The position numbers and the translations under genes are program-made. A DNA stretch of 34,507 nt from the IMG/VR virus record IMGVR_UViG_3300044267_005327, positions 1-34,507 of that record, one strand, 5' to 3'. Every line of letters starts with the position of its first letter. Position 1 is the stretch's first letter. Source of the stretch: a virus. Taxonomy: Duplodnaviria; Caudoviricetes. The notes under the pieces were generated by a model, which did no database searches, had not been told where the DNA came from, and saw only the letters and a list, made by a program, of their open reading frames with translations. Of the stretch, positions 8,684-16,599 are shown piece after piece.

Positions 8684-8927
8684 AACGCCGCCAAATTTTA
8701 CAAAGTCGGAGCTTGAGACAATTGGGCTTTGGCTTTTTGCCGAAAAGCGCCAACGAGAATTCGACGCCAAAACCATCGAAATGGGCGACGACTTTGCATC
8801 GGCTAATCGAACATTGGGAAAAGCATATGACTTGCAGAATGCGGCGAGCGTCATTGGACAGCTCATCGAAGGTCTTGAAGATCAAATCACAGCGAGCAGC
8901 ACCAAAGGTTCTTTTGAGCGTTCGTGA
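8673..8927 (+). CDS. Hypothetical protein
   Basis: 84-aa ORF overlapping the previous gene's end, in operon. Confidence 0.55.
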   Translation: MYGKTPPNFTKSELETIGLWLFAEKRQREFDAKTIEMGDDFASANRTLGKAYDLQNAASVIGQLIEGLEDQITASSTKGSFERS

Positions 8928-9081
8928 AGCTGCAATAGAATTATTCGGCGGTGATGATTACACAAGGTTGGAACGAGTCAGAAAACTGGTTCGTAGCAAT
9001 CAAATTAAATCGCTGCGCGACCGGAAACAATACTGGATTCCTCGCGCCGAAATTACTCGTCTTGCAGAGCCGCAATCATGA
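8875..9081 (+). CDS. Excisionase-like HTH protein (start uncertain: TTG 8875 or 8914)
   Basis: 'LLSVREAAIELF...VRKLVRSNQIKSLRDRKQYWIPRAEI' fits the MerR/Xis-like pattern; stop overlaps the next ATG. Confidence 0.65.
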   Translation: MKIKSQRAAPKVLLSVREAAIELFGGDDYTRLERVRKLVRSNQIKSLRDRKQYWIPRAEITRLAEPQS

Positions 9082-9440
9082 AGAAATGCAGCGTTTGCGG
9101 TGAAGAGGTTTTGTCGGAAATGTCTGATGGTGCCATTGTGAGCAAGCAGTGCGCTTGCGAAAAAATGCCGCTTGAACGAGCGGTTGTGCTGGAGACAGCC
9201 AAAGCGATGGTTTGTGGTGATCGCGCCAGGATGCATGGTGATGCTCATGTCACTTATGCGCTCTGTGCTGAATTTTGGAAGGCTTATAAAGGCGTCGATT
9301 TCACGGTGGTCGAGGTTTTGATGATGCTCGACCTGATGAAAAGCGCACGGCAGTGCCTCAACCCAGCAGAGGTCGATAATTATCAAGACGGCTGTGGATA
9401 TAAAGCTCTGGCTTGGGAGAGCCAAGCCAAGGAGATATAA
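9078..9440 (+). CDS. DUF6378-like all-alpha nucleotide hydrolase-like protein
   Basis: 'VCGDRARMHG...FWKAY...MLDLMKSAR...DNYQDGCGY'. Confidence 0.75.
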   Translation: MKKCSVCGEEVLSEMSDGAIVSKQCACEKMPLERAVVLETAKAMVCGDRARMHGDAHVTYALCAEFWKAYKGVDFTVVEVLMMLDLMKSARQCLNPAEVDNYQDGCGYKALAWESQAKEI

Positions 9441-9442
9441 AA

Positions 9443-9811
9443 ATGTTGGTGGTGTTGGAAAGTCCGTATGCGGGAGACGTCGAGGCAAACATTGACTATG
9501 CCCGAGAGTGCTTGAAGGACTCACTCATGCGCGGAGAGTCGCCGTTGGCGAGTCACCTATTGTACACTCAGCCCGGTGTGTTAGATGACACGGTTCCAGA
9601 GCAAAGAAGGCTTGGTATCGCTGCTGGTCTTTGCTGGCACGCAAGAGCCGATGCGTCAGTCGTCTATACCGATTTAGGTATATCAGACGGGATGAAGCAG
9701 GGGATTGCGTCAGCTAAGTTTTACGGACTTAAGGTGATCTATCGTCAGTTGCGAGGCACACCTTATGCTTCTCAAGACGCCGATACTTGCCGCCACGCCT
9801 TGCCGGTTTGA
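9443..9811 (+). CDS. Nucleoside deoxyribosyltransferase-like fold protein (DUF4406-like)
   Basis: 'VVLESPYAGDVEANIDYA...PLASHLLYTQ..LDD...GISDGM'; AGGAG RBS before ATG 9443. Confidence 0.7.
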   Translation: MLVVLESPYAGDVEANIDYARECLKDSLMRGESPLASHLLYTQPGVLDDTVPEQRRLGIAAGLCWHARADASVVYTDLGISDGMKQGIASAKFYGLKVIYRQLRGTPYASQDADTCRHALPV

Positions 9812-9858
9812 TTTTAGGCTTGAAATGCCGCAGAGCGGCGGCAGTGGCGTTGCGGCGT

Positions 9859-10272
9859 TTAGGCATTTGCATCTGCTGCGGCAGAGGTTGCGGGGGTGGA
9901 GCCGCGAGGCACAATTTTGACATCATATCCCTTGGCAGTTGCAGAGGCAGCAATCCTGCCAATGACGCGGCTATGCACGTTTGCCGAAGGCCAGCCGAGC
10001 GTTTCTGCCTCGTAGTCGTCGGTGCAGAAACCTAGCTCAATGGTCTGCGGGTTGCCGTGTTTTGTCTGCATTTCGTCAATCTTTGCAACGGCCTGATCGA
10101 TGGCATTCGACATGCGCTCTATCAAGTCAGCAAGCTCTGAGACGACGCCAACGGGTGCTTCATTCCGCCCACCGCACCAACTCTTAACGGTATCCAGTCT
10201 GACAGAGTGAAAATCAGCGGCTCTTTTTTGGCTTAAGCCGCTGACGTCCAGAAGCACTTTGTACAAGTTCAC
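9859..10272 (-). CDS. XRE-type HTH protein
   Basis: 'SGLSQKRAADFHSVRLDTVKSWCGGRNEAP'; AAGGTGG RBS before the GTG start. Confidence 0.75.
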   Translation of the reverse strand: MNLYKVLLDVSGLSQKRAADFHSVRLDTVKSWCGGRNEAPVGVVSELADLIERMSNAIDQAVAKIDEMQTKHGNPQTIELGFCTDDYEAETLGWPSANVHSRVIGRIAASATAKGYDVKIVPRGSTPATSAAADANA

Positions 10273-10350
10273 TTTTCCACCTTAAAATCAATTCATAATT
10301 AAATCATCACATAAATTAAATCCTGACGCCCATTTCTGCGATGATTAAAT

Positions 10351-10379
10351 AGCGCGGGCATCGTGTGAACGCCCGCGCT
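10351..10379. terminator. Hairpin, possible terminator or attenuator
   Basis: AGCGCGGGC-N11-GCCCGCGCT; U-tract is weak. Confidence 0.45.
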
Positions 10380-10387
10380 CTAGTTAA

Positions 10388-10639
10388 CTAACCATTGGCG
10401 GTGTGTTTTTCCCATGCCAGACGACAATGAGGGCAGTTCGCCAATTGCCACTTTTCCAGCGGCGAGCCGTCCCAATAGATGCCAGCCGGTCGATGGTAAT
10501 AGTTTACGCTTTTCCCCTCTGAACGGGCGTCTTCAACGGCATCGGTGCAGTCTGGACCCTCCGATGTTCCGATGACTTTTGATCCGTTGTAATCCGAGGC
10601 CACGATCCACCACATTTTATCGTTGTCCATAATGCTCAT
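10388..10639 (-). CDS. Hypothetical small protein
   Basis: 83-aa ORF starting 2 nt after the upstream stop; CxxC near the C-terminus. Confidence 0.65.
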   Translation of the reverse strand: MSIMDNDKMWWIVASDYNGSKVIGTSEGPDCTDAVEDARSEGKSVNYYHRPAGIYWDGSPLEKWQLANCPHCRLAWEKHTANG

Positions 10640-10641
10640 TT

Positions 10642-11016
10642 TTAGCTGTCTCCCTTCTCGACATCTGCAAAAAACTCACGAGCCTCGTCGATCATTTCAT
10701 TTATGTCTGGCCCGTAGCCGTTTGGGTAAGGTCCGGTTTCCTTATACATTTCCACGACATAAGCATGGAATAATCCCATGAATGCCTCTCGCTGTTGTTT
10801 AACCTGTGAGCGTATCCAATTCGGGTGCTGCTCTGTGTTGCAGAAAACTTTTAGGGCGGCACCCTCGATGCAGTCGCCGTTGCCGTCGCACTCGAGGTAG
10901 ATGTTCATGTCTTTTCGAGCGCGAGCGTAAAGGCGGCATCGACCGGCCTTCTCCCAAAGGTTCACCTTAATCCCTACTTGGGCTGCCCGGTCAATAATGT
11001 CTTGTGCTGTTGTCAT
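10642..11016 (-). CDS. Hypothetical protein
   Basis: 124-aa ORF with AGGAG RBS; first gene of the inverted cassette. Confidence 0.75.
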   Translation of the reverse strand: MTTAQDIIDRAAQVGIKVNLWEKAGRCRLYARARKDMNIYLECDGNGDCIEGAALKVFCNTEQHPNWIRSQVKQQREAFMGLFHAYVVEMYKETGPYPNGYGPDINEMIDEAREFFADVEKGDS

Positions 11017-11149
11017 CGTTTAGGTCTCCTAACCTCTTGCGGCGGGCCAATCCCGCTGCGTGAAATACAGTAAGCTATGCTTTCAGACTCTAGTCAAGTA
11101 TTGCAAAAATATTATGGTGCCTTTTGCTGCCTTTGGCCTGTTTTGGTGG

Positions 11150-11315
11150 CGAATGCTTGCGGATGCTTGCGGCTAAGTATATAAAAACAAAAGAAAACAG
11201 TGGCTTACGATGGGTGTGATTTCAGACACACAGTCTGATTTAATATTCCAGAACGCCACGCAATAACAAATAGTTAAGGTGGCTCATGAAAATTTATTCC
11301 CAAAATATCCCAAAA
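11150..11315. other. Candidate attP region
   Basis: Gene-free AT-rich region with central TCAGAC-ACACA-GTCTGA inverted repeat (11222-11238), flanking direct repeats (ATGCTTGCGG x2, TCCCAAAA x2) and an IHF-like TAACAAATAGTTA. Confidence 0.35.
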
Positions 11316-11319
11316 ATAA

Positions 11320-11393
11320 CGTAATTCCATATTACGTTATAAAAGTCTGATTGCACTCATTTGCTTGCTAACGTAACTTATAGTTACTATAGT
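11320..11393 (+). promoter_or_regulatory. Promoter of the integrase operon with two operators
   Basis: CGTAATTCCATATTACG (11320-11336); TTGCTA (11365-11370), 17 nt, TATAGT (11388-11393), with CGTAACTTATAGTTACT (11372-11388) in the spacer. Confidence 0.72.
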
Positions 11394-11420
11394 AACGGTA
11401 TCAGAAACGGGAGAAAAACA

Positions 11421-11633
11421 ATGGATAGCAACGAGTTTTTCGAAGAAGCCTTAAGCCAGATTGAATCGACTACCGAGGTTTTATTGGCCTACGGAATTGG
11501 CAAAGAGTTGACCGCGACTCAAGCCTTAAAACTTTGGATGGCGACCGACAAACTCATGAAAGTCCTGGGCGAAGCAAAGAACGCCGCGATGGAAAAAGAC
11601 CCACGATATACCGATGCAGAGGACTTAGAATAA
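11421..11633 (+). CDS. Hypothetical protein
   Basis: ATG at 11421 with GGGAG RBS. Confidence 0.7.
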   Translation: MDSNEFFEEALSQIESTTEVLLAYGIGKELTATQALKLWMATDKLMKVLGEAKNAAMEKDPRYTDAEDLE

Positions 11634-11863
11634 TGTTCATCAAAGACCGCACAGTAAACGAGATCGCTGAAGACCTTTTGCCGCTTTTTGAGATCGGCAA
11701 TTTTCATTCCCAAACACCAACGCGGGCGATTATCCCCGCAGCTTTGGACGCGCTGCAAGAGCGCCGCCTACCGGCCCGGCAAAACCTAGCCGGCATCGTT
11801 GCCAAGCGAGCAAAGGCTGCTTGGCTTGAAACCATCAACAAAACCAAACGGGAGCTTTTGTAA
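11633..11863 (+). CDS. Hypothetical protein
   Basis: TAATG coupling at both ends; MFIKDRTV... Confidence 0.7.
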   Translation: MFIKDRTVNEIAEDLLPLFEIGNFHSQTPTRAIIPAALDALQERRLPARQNLAGIVAKRAKAAWLETINKTKRELL

Positions 11864-12132
11864 TGACCAACCTACCGCACTACTTCGCTCGCCTTAAGCT
11901 TGACGAGGACTCAAAGGCCAAGCTTGAGGCGGGAACACATGAGATTGATCACATTGAGGTTGATAAGCTCGTTGTTCGAGAAATTGACCCGGTCCACATG
12001 CTTGATCGAGTTGAGGCAGAATTTGGAATTACAAACTGGCGCGGCGTTATTTTGAAGATGCTGGACAGCGGCTCGCTAAAGCCCATCGACCTTAAGCTGG
12101 CACTGGAAGAAGAAACAGAGTCGGTTTTATGA
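11863..12132 (+). CDS. Hypothetical protein
   Basis: TAATG coupling and GGGAG RBS. Confidence 0.7.
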   Translation: MTNLPHYFARLKLDEDSKAKLEAGTHEIDHIEVDKLVVREIDPVHMLDRVEAEFGITNWRGVILKMLDSGSLKPIDLKLALEEETESVL

Positions 12133-12311
12133 GTAAAAAATCTGACGAGCGCTTTATGTCAAAGAACGAAGACAGCGCTTTTTTAGATATCCGGCAACAT
12201 ATGTGGGAGAACGGTGATGCCAGCATGCGGACGCTGGCAACCGCTCTTCACGACCATCAATTTGCGCTTTTAGAAGAAGCGTATAGGGAGCGGGAAAGTG
12301 GCAAAGGCTAA
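12129..12311 (+). CDS. Hypothetical protein
   Basis: ATGA overlap with the previous gene; overlaps the integrase start. Confidence 0.55.
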   Translation: MSKKSDERFMSKNEDSAFLDIRQHMWENGDASMRTLATALHDHQFALLEEAYRERESGKG

Positions 12312-13542
12312 ACCAGTAAAATACAAAACCGCTGGCGGGAAGGTCCGGTTTAAATGCTACCTCGAGGCTTACGGTTTTGAGACCAAGCAGGGCTTCAAAA
12401 CAAAAGAAGAGGCACAAGACTACATAGATTGGGCAATCGACCAATCTCGACACGGCGTGACCAAGCATTCACTAAAAACGCCAACGATGCAGACCATTTG
12501 CGACGACTTTATTCGCTATCAGTCACAGCGGGTTATGCTTGGCGAAATTGGCGATGGAGACTTGGAAAATAAAGAGCGCATTTGCATTCAACTCTCGTCA
12601 ATGGAGATTGACGGAGAGTTGATTAAGAACATTCCAGTCGGTGACATTAGCGTAGGCGATGTTCGCACCAAGCTGGTACCGCAGATGTTCTGTAACGGCG
12701 TTAAAGAGTGGATTGATCAGAAAAATTACGAGTGGCATTTCGATTTTGAGAACGGACAATGCCCGTGGAACACCGCAATCCATCGTAAAAAGGTCTTGCA
12801 TATGCTTTTTAAGCACGCGGTGCTGATGGGACACATTGCCATCAACCCAATCGATAACATGGATTTCCCTGCCAAAAAGGACGGTGTCGAAGGGGGCTTC
12901 AAAATCGACCGGATATCAGAAGAGATTGTTCAGAAGGTAATACAGTGCGCGGCGATGATAGAAAACAAACGCCAAGGCAACCTACCGGACTCTGGAGGAA
13001 TAAAATGGGTGGCGGCGATACGCACCGCCGCTATGTCTGGCATTCGGGCTGGAGAACAGCGAGCGCTTCAGTGGAGCGACATAGATTTTCAAAAACGCAC
13101 TATCTCAATTACAAAGTCGGTAAAAAAGAACTACAAGATTGGCCCGCCTAAAACAGCAAAATCGCGCAGAGAAATAACAGTCGCCCCGTCACTCATTACA
13201 ACCTTACGGGAGTGGAAGCTGGCACAAACTTTGGTCGAGGCCAAAAACGACCTGGTATTTCCAAACCGGAGCGGGGGAATTTTGGAACATGGTCTGTTGC
13301 GTCGAAAGCTTCGGCAAGCATGCCGCCACGCCAAGGTTGGTGTTTTCCGCTGGCATGATTTGCGGCATTTTTATGCCTCGACACTTATCTTCAATCCGAA
13401 GTTTGACCAGACGCAGTTGGCACGCCTGATGGGACACGGGAGTCTCGCATTCACCTATAAAGTCTACGCCCACTGGTTTGCGTCAGTGGAACAGACTGAG
13501 CAACTGTCAGAAATAATGGAAGAGGCGTTTGCAAATCTTTAA
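12298..13542 (+). CDS. int: Tyrosine recombinase / integrase
   Basis: 'SGIRAGEQRALQWSDID', 'PKT', 'WHDLRH' and 'MGH...TYKVY' give the full catalytic R-K-H-R-H-Y set. Confidence 0.93.
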   Translation: MAKAKPVKYKTAGGKVRFKCYLEAYGFETKQGFKTKEEAQDYIDWAIDQSRHGVTKHSLKTPTMQTICDDFIRYQSQRVMLGEIGDGDLENKERICIQLSSMEIDGELIKNIPVGDISVGDVRTKLVPQMFCNGVKEWIDQKNYEWHFDFENGQCPWNTAIHRKKVLHMLFKHAVLMGHIAINPIDNMDFPAKKDGVEGGFKIDRISEEIVQKVIQCAAMIENKRQGNLPDSGGIKWVAAIRTAAMSGIRAGEQRALQWSDIDFQKRTISITKSVKKNYKIGPPKTAKSRREITVAPSLITTLREWKLAQTLVEAKNDLVFPNRSGGILEHGLLRRKLRQACRHAKVGVFRWHDLRHFYASTLIFNPKFDQTQLARLMGHGSLAFTYKVYAHWFASVEQTEQLSEIMEEAFANL

Positions 13543-13582
13543 CCGACGCAGACCTAGTTAATAACAAAACGGAGCAAACTAA

Positions 13583-13840
13583 ATGCGGTTTTATGAAGTA
13601 AGGGTAATTGCCGGCGATTGGCGTGCTGCCAAGTGGTTTACTAATCGCAGCGAAGGATGGAAATGGGCAATGCAAGTGTATCCTTCGATAAAGGAAGCGT
13701 ATGACGAAGAGCAAGAAGCCAGCAGCGATTATCCACAAAAATTAGATAAGGGGGAAGTTATAAGTATTGAGCCGTATGACATAGAGACCGACAAACAGGG
13801 CTTGTTGCGGTTTTTAAATTCTAATTGGCCGGCTTACTAA
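13583..13840 (+). CDS. Hypothetical protein
   Basis: GGAG RBS; 85 aa. Confidence 0.65.
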   Translation: MRFYEVRVIAGDWRAAKWFTNRSEGWKWAMQVYPSIKEAYDEEQEASSDYPQKLDKGEVISIEPYDIETDKQGLLRFLNSNWPAY

Positions 13841-13861
13841 GCGGTGCATTAAAGAGGAACA

Positions 13862-14566
13862 GTGATGAAAAGGACAAACAAAAAACGTGGACCGTCGTAT
13901 AAATTTAAGTCTTCCACTTTATCTGAGCAAGCCCACCGGGCGGCTGAACGATACGATCACACAAAAAAGTTTTGGGCGCTTAAAAAACGGCCATTTATTC
14001 GTCTCGCTGATACATTTGCATGGCGTAATCGCTATCAGATGATGGAACAGGCCTCTCAGGCGTTCGTTGCGATTGAAACCGGGGTGCCACAAGATGTGGG
14101 GCCGACGATCAGCGATTGGAAAAAATGCAGTGACAAAGCGAGTGTTGTAATTCGTCGTCTGTGTGCTTTGTCAATTTCTACGAGAGCAAGTTTTACCATC
14201 AGCGACTTAGAAGCGCGATTGCCGAGAGCTTATGCGTCTCGCAGGACCGTCCAAAACATTATTAATCGCGGGGAAGAGCTAGGATTAATTGAAAAAGAAA
14301 GCACCGACGTCTATTCGGTAACTGAGGCGTTTATAACCGAATTTAGTGATCGAAATTTAGTGAGGTTGCTAGACCCTGACATTGTGGCTTGGGCGCGGCA
14401 AATAGTTATGTTCGACGACATGATTAAGATTGCGAACACAACGGTGAAAAACGAGCAAATGGGGACACTTTTTGATTCGAATTTACGCACAATGTCAGAA
14501 CGCATTGATTCCGGCGATTACGATTCAGAAATAAAGTACGAACGCCCTCATAAAGACGACAAATAG
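13862..14566 (+). CDS. Winged-helix DNA-binding protein
   Basis: 'FTISDLEARL...SRRTVQNIINRGEELGLIEK' wHTH pattern; GAGG RBS. Confidence 0.65.
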   Translation: MMKRTNKKRGPSYKFKSSTLSEQAHRAAERYDHTKKFWALKKRPFIRLADTFAWRNRYQMMEQASQAFVAIETGVPQDVGPTISDWKKCSDKASVVIRRLCALSISTRASFTISDLEARLPRAYASRRTVQNIINRGEELGLIEKESTDVYSVTEAFITEFSDRNLVRLLDPDIVAWARQIVMFDDMIKIANTTVKNEQMGTLFDSNLRTMSERIDSGDYDSEIKYERPHKDDK

Positions 14567-14570
14567 TCAA

Positions 14571-14649
14571 GCGCAAATTATGCGCGCCACCGCGCAAATT
14601 ATGCACGCCACCGCGCAAATTATGCACGCCACCGCGCAAATTATGCGCG
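14571..14649. repeat. 21-bp tandem repeat, about 3.75 copies, each internally palindromic
   Basis: GCGCAAATTATGC(G/A)CGCCACC starting at 14571, 14592, 14613 and 14634 (last copy partial). Confidence 0.95.
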
Positions 14650-14682
14650 GGACTACGGGTGATTTTTTGGTAAAGTTTTGTC

Positions 14683-14904
14683 ATGGCACAAACCAGAAAA
14701 ATCACTGTCGTGACAGACGAAGATGGCGACGGCACAGACGTAGTTCTTGCTGACAAAGACGAAGGCATTAGTTGGAATTTTAAAAAACGCGCTGATGCTT
14801 GGATATTTGCCGAAGAGCTTGATCGGTTGCTGTCTGCATACACAGATGACCTAATTGACCTTCAAAAGGTTGGTTTCAATCTTGTGGACTCGCGTCTCCA
14901 ATAG
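14683..14904 (+). CDS. Hypothetical acidic protein
   Basis: 73-aa ORF with protein-like composition; no clear RBS. Confidence 0.5.
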   Translation: MAQTRKITVVTDEDGDGTDVVLADKDEGISWNFKKRADAWIFAEELDRLLSAYTDDLIDLQKVGFNLVDSRLQ

Positions 14905-15054
14905 CTTCTGCCGATGTGTATCGGAAGCCGCCTTCATCACGGCAAGCGGCAATGCGTGAACGCATGCGCTTAACACGATAGTAAAAATTATAAATATGAG
15001 CGCCAGTCCCAGTGGACTCGCCGGATTGCCTCTCCAACGTTGCGGCTGGTTCAC
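14851..15054 (-). CDS. Putative lipoprotein (spanin-like position)
   Basis: Hydrophobic signal ending in lipobox VLSAC; GTGA overlap with the holin stop. Confidence 0.5.
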   Translation of the reverse strand: MNQPQRWRGNPASPLGLALIFIIFTIVLSACVHALPLAVMKAASDTHRQKLLETRVHKIETNLLKVN

Positions 15055-15452
15055 TTGGTCAAGCCTTTCTGCTTTTCGTAGGTGCGTAAGCCGCCAAGCC
15101 CGAGCATTCCCATAAGAATCGTCATCAGGTGATCCATATCAAATTCTGGCGGCGGCACATGGAAACCAGCCAGCGTACCAATCCACTGCGCTGTCGGCCA
15201 AACGAGGTAATGAGCGCCCAAAGAAACTGCGGCGACCCAGCCGCAGCATGGTCGCCAACCGCTTACCCACACTGATCTGTGGGCGGCCTCCACTTTATTG
15301 ATTTCAAGATTTCCAAGCTGCCCCGCCATCGCGGCATCGACCAGCTTTCCCTCCAACTCTTGCTTGGCCTTTGCAGCGCCAGCCTTATCAGGCACTAGCC
15401 TATCAACGACCTCACCGACCATCGGCATGATGGCGCTAATCAGGGGAATCAT
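15051..15452 (-). CDS. 3TM (GTA-type) holin family protein
   Basis: 'EINKVEAAHRSVWVSGWRP..GW' and 'LMGMLGLGGLRTYEK.KG'. Confidence 0.85.
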   Translation of the reverse strand: MIPLISAIMPMVGEVVDRLVPDKAGAAKAKQELEGKLVDAAMAGQLGNLEINKVEAAHRSVWVSGWRPCCGWVAAVSLGAHYLVWPTAQWIGTLAGFHVPPPEFDMDHLMTILMGMLGLGGLRTYEKQKGLTK

Positions 15453-15837
15453 TCATTTTCTCCGTCACATCGAGCCAGCTTTGTGTCTCGTTTTTTGGGG
15501 TAAATTCATCCGTCAAAATCCGCGTGTTACTCCCAGTGATTTCACCAATCAGACGAAATAACGCGCATCGCTCTGGCAAAGCTACGAGGCAGCACACATC
15601 GGCTGTTTCGTCTGTCAGTCGAAGTTTTTTGTTATGTCCCCTAGACGTCATGAAGGCGTAGCGTTTGTTATTTTCACTACTTCGTTTGGATGCTGTTTTA
15701 ACTTCAATGCGAATCGGCTGTGGGATAAACGCGACAAGATCGAAGCCAGTTTGTTGACTAATCACGGTCTGCACGCCCATTCGGGCAAGTGCTGCGGCTG
15801 CAATGAAATCGCCAGCGCGGCCAACATCAATGTTCAT
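15436..15837 (-). CDS. Free-standing PD-(D/E)XK endonuclease (I-Ssp6803I/PDDEXK_5-like)
   Basis: 'GRAGDFIAAAAL...GFDLVA...IRIEVKTAS'. Confidence 0.65.
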   Translation of the reverse strand: MNIDVGRAGDFIAAAALARMGVQTVISQQTGFDLVAFIPQPIRIEVKTASKRSSENNKRYAFMTSRGHNKKLRLTDETADVCCLVALPERCALFRLIGEITGSNTRILTDEFTPKNETQSWLDVTEKMNDSPD

Positions 15838-16274
15838 CCGACCGCCTGCATTCTCTTGATGAGACGGTCTGCCCTCTGCGGCACCTGCCGACGCCAGCGG
15901 CTATCGTGCATCTCGTCGGCTGCCGCTTTAAAGTCTTCGCGGTGTATCGCATCAATCATTTTGCTGAATTTGCGGAGACGAGGCCCGCCGAGATTGAACG
16001 CCATGTTCGCCAAGATGCATTGTGCCTCGGCGGGTAGCTCTTCCCAATTCATAAAAATGTTCGAGCAGTCCTCCAGGCAGTTTTTAATATCAACCGCAAA
16101 CCATTCATCAACGCGCTCTCGACTAACGGGGGTGCCGACCGGAAGCTCGTATTCTGGGTCGCCTTCAACAAGAAGATGACCGATGCCAGCGGTCGGCAGT
16201 CCGAGATGGTCGAGATAAATCTCGTGCCGCACGCCCTCGTCATGCTCCAAGTCTTTTCGCAGTCGTTCAAGCAT
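15834..16274 (-). CDS. Endolysin, T4-type lysozyme (GH24)
   Basis: Catalytic E-D-T in 'DEGVRHEIYLDHLGLPTAGIGHL', 'NMAFNLG' and 'SRWRRQVPQRADRL'; ATG at 16274. Confidence 0.92.
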   Translation of the reverse strand: MLERLRKDLEHDEGVRHEIYLDHLGLPTAGIGHLLVEGDPEYELPVGTPVSRERVDEWFAVDIKNCLEDCSNIFMNWEELPAEAQCILANMAFNLGGPRLRKFSKMIDAIHREDFKAAADEMHDSRWRRQVPQRADRLIKRMQAVG

Positions 16275-16599
16275 TTGGGACGGGCGGATGTTTGTGGTTA
16301 TGCATGTTACGCAAATGACCAATTTCGGACTGTGCGTTTTTCACTCCCTCTTCACATTTGGTCAGCCGCTCAAATAAAAGTCGTCGTTTTTCTGGATCAA
16401 GAATTTTTGCCAAGACATCGACGCGAGCAGAGGTTAACTCACTTTTATCGACTCGCTGATCAAGCGCACGTAAACGTTTTTCAATGTCGGCCAGTTGTTC
16501 AATTACCGTTCCTAGTTTTGTTTTTACGATTACAGCGGCTGAGACGACTGAGACGAGCAGCGTTCCGATGCTGACTGCCATACGCAAATCAAGCTCCAT
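16267..16599 (-). CDS. Membrane-anchored coiled-coil protein (lysis accessory)
   Basis: Single N-terminal TM helix followed by a heptad-rich region. Confidence 0.7.
   Translation of the reverse strand: MELDLRMAVSIGTLLVSVVSAAVIVKTKLGTVIEQLADIEKRLRALDQRVDKSELTSARVDVLAKILDPEKRRLLFERLTKCEEGVKNAQSEIGHLRNMHNHKHPPVPNA

Noticed and set aside
11195-11265. tRNA fragment as att core
   Set aside because: No T-loop GTTC(G/A)A arm, 7-nt anticodon loop or acceptor stem is recognisable on either strand.
13729-13737. Perfect DnaA box TTATCCACA
   Set aside because: Single copy inside a CDS; compatible with chance.
14571-14649. CRISPR mini-array or Xer/dif site
   Set aside because: Repeats abut with no unique spacers. 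GGCGCGCATAA resembles a XerC arm, but there is no XerD arm at 6-bp spacing.
14424-14843. 139-aa minus ORF with HNLRGG repeats
   Set aside because: The repeats are just the translation of the 21-bp DNA array, and the ORF is antisense to two better genes.
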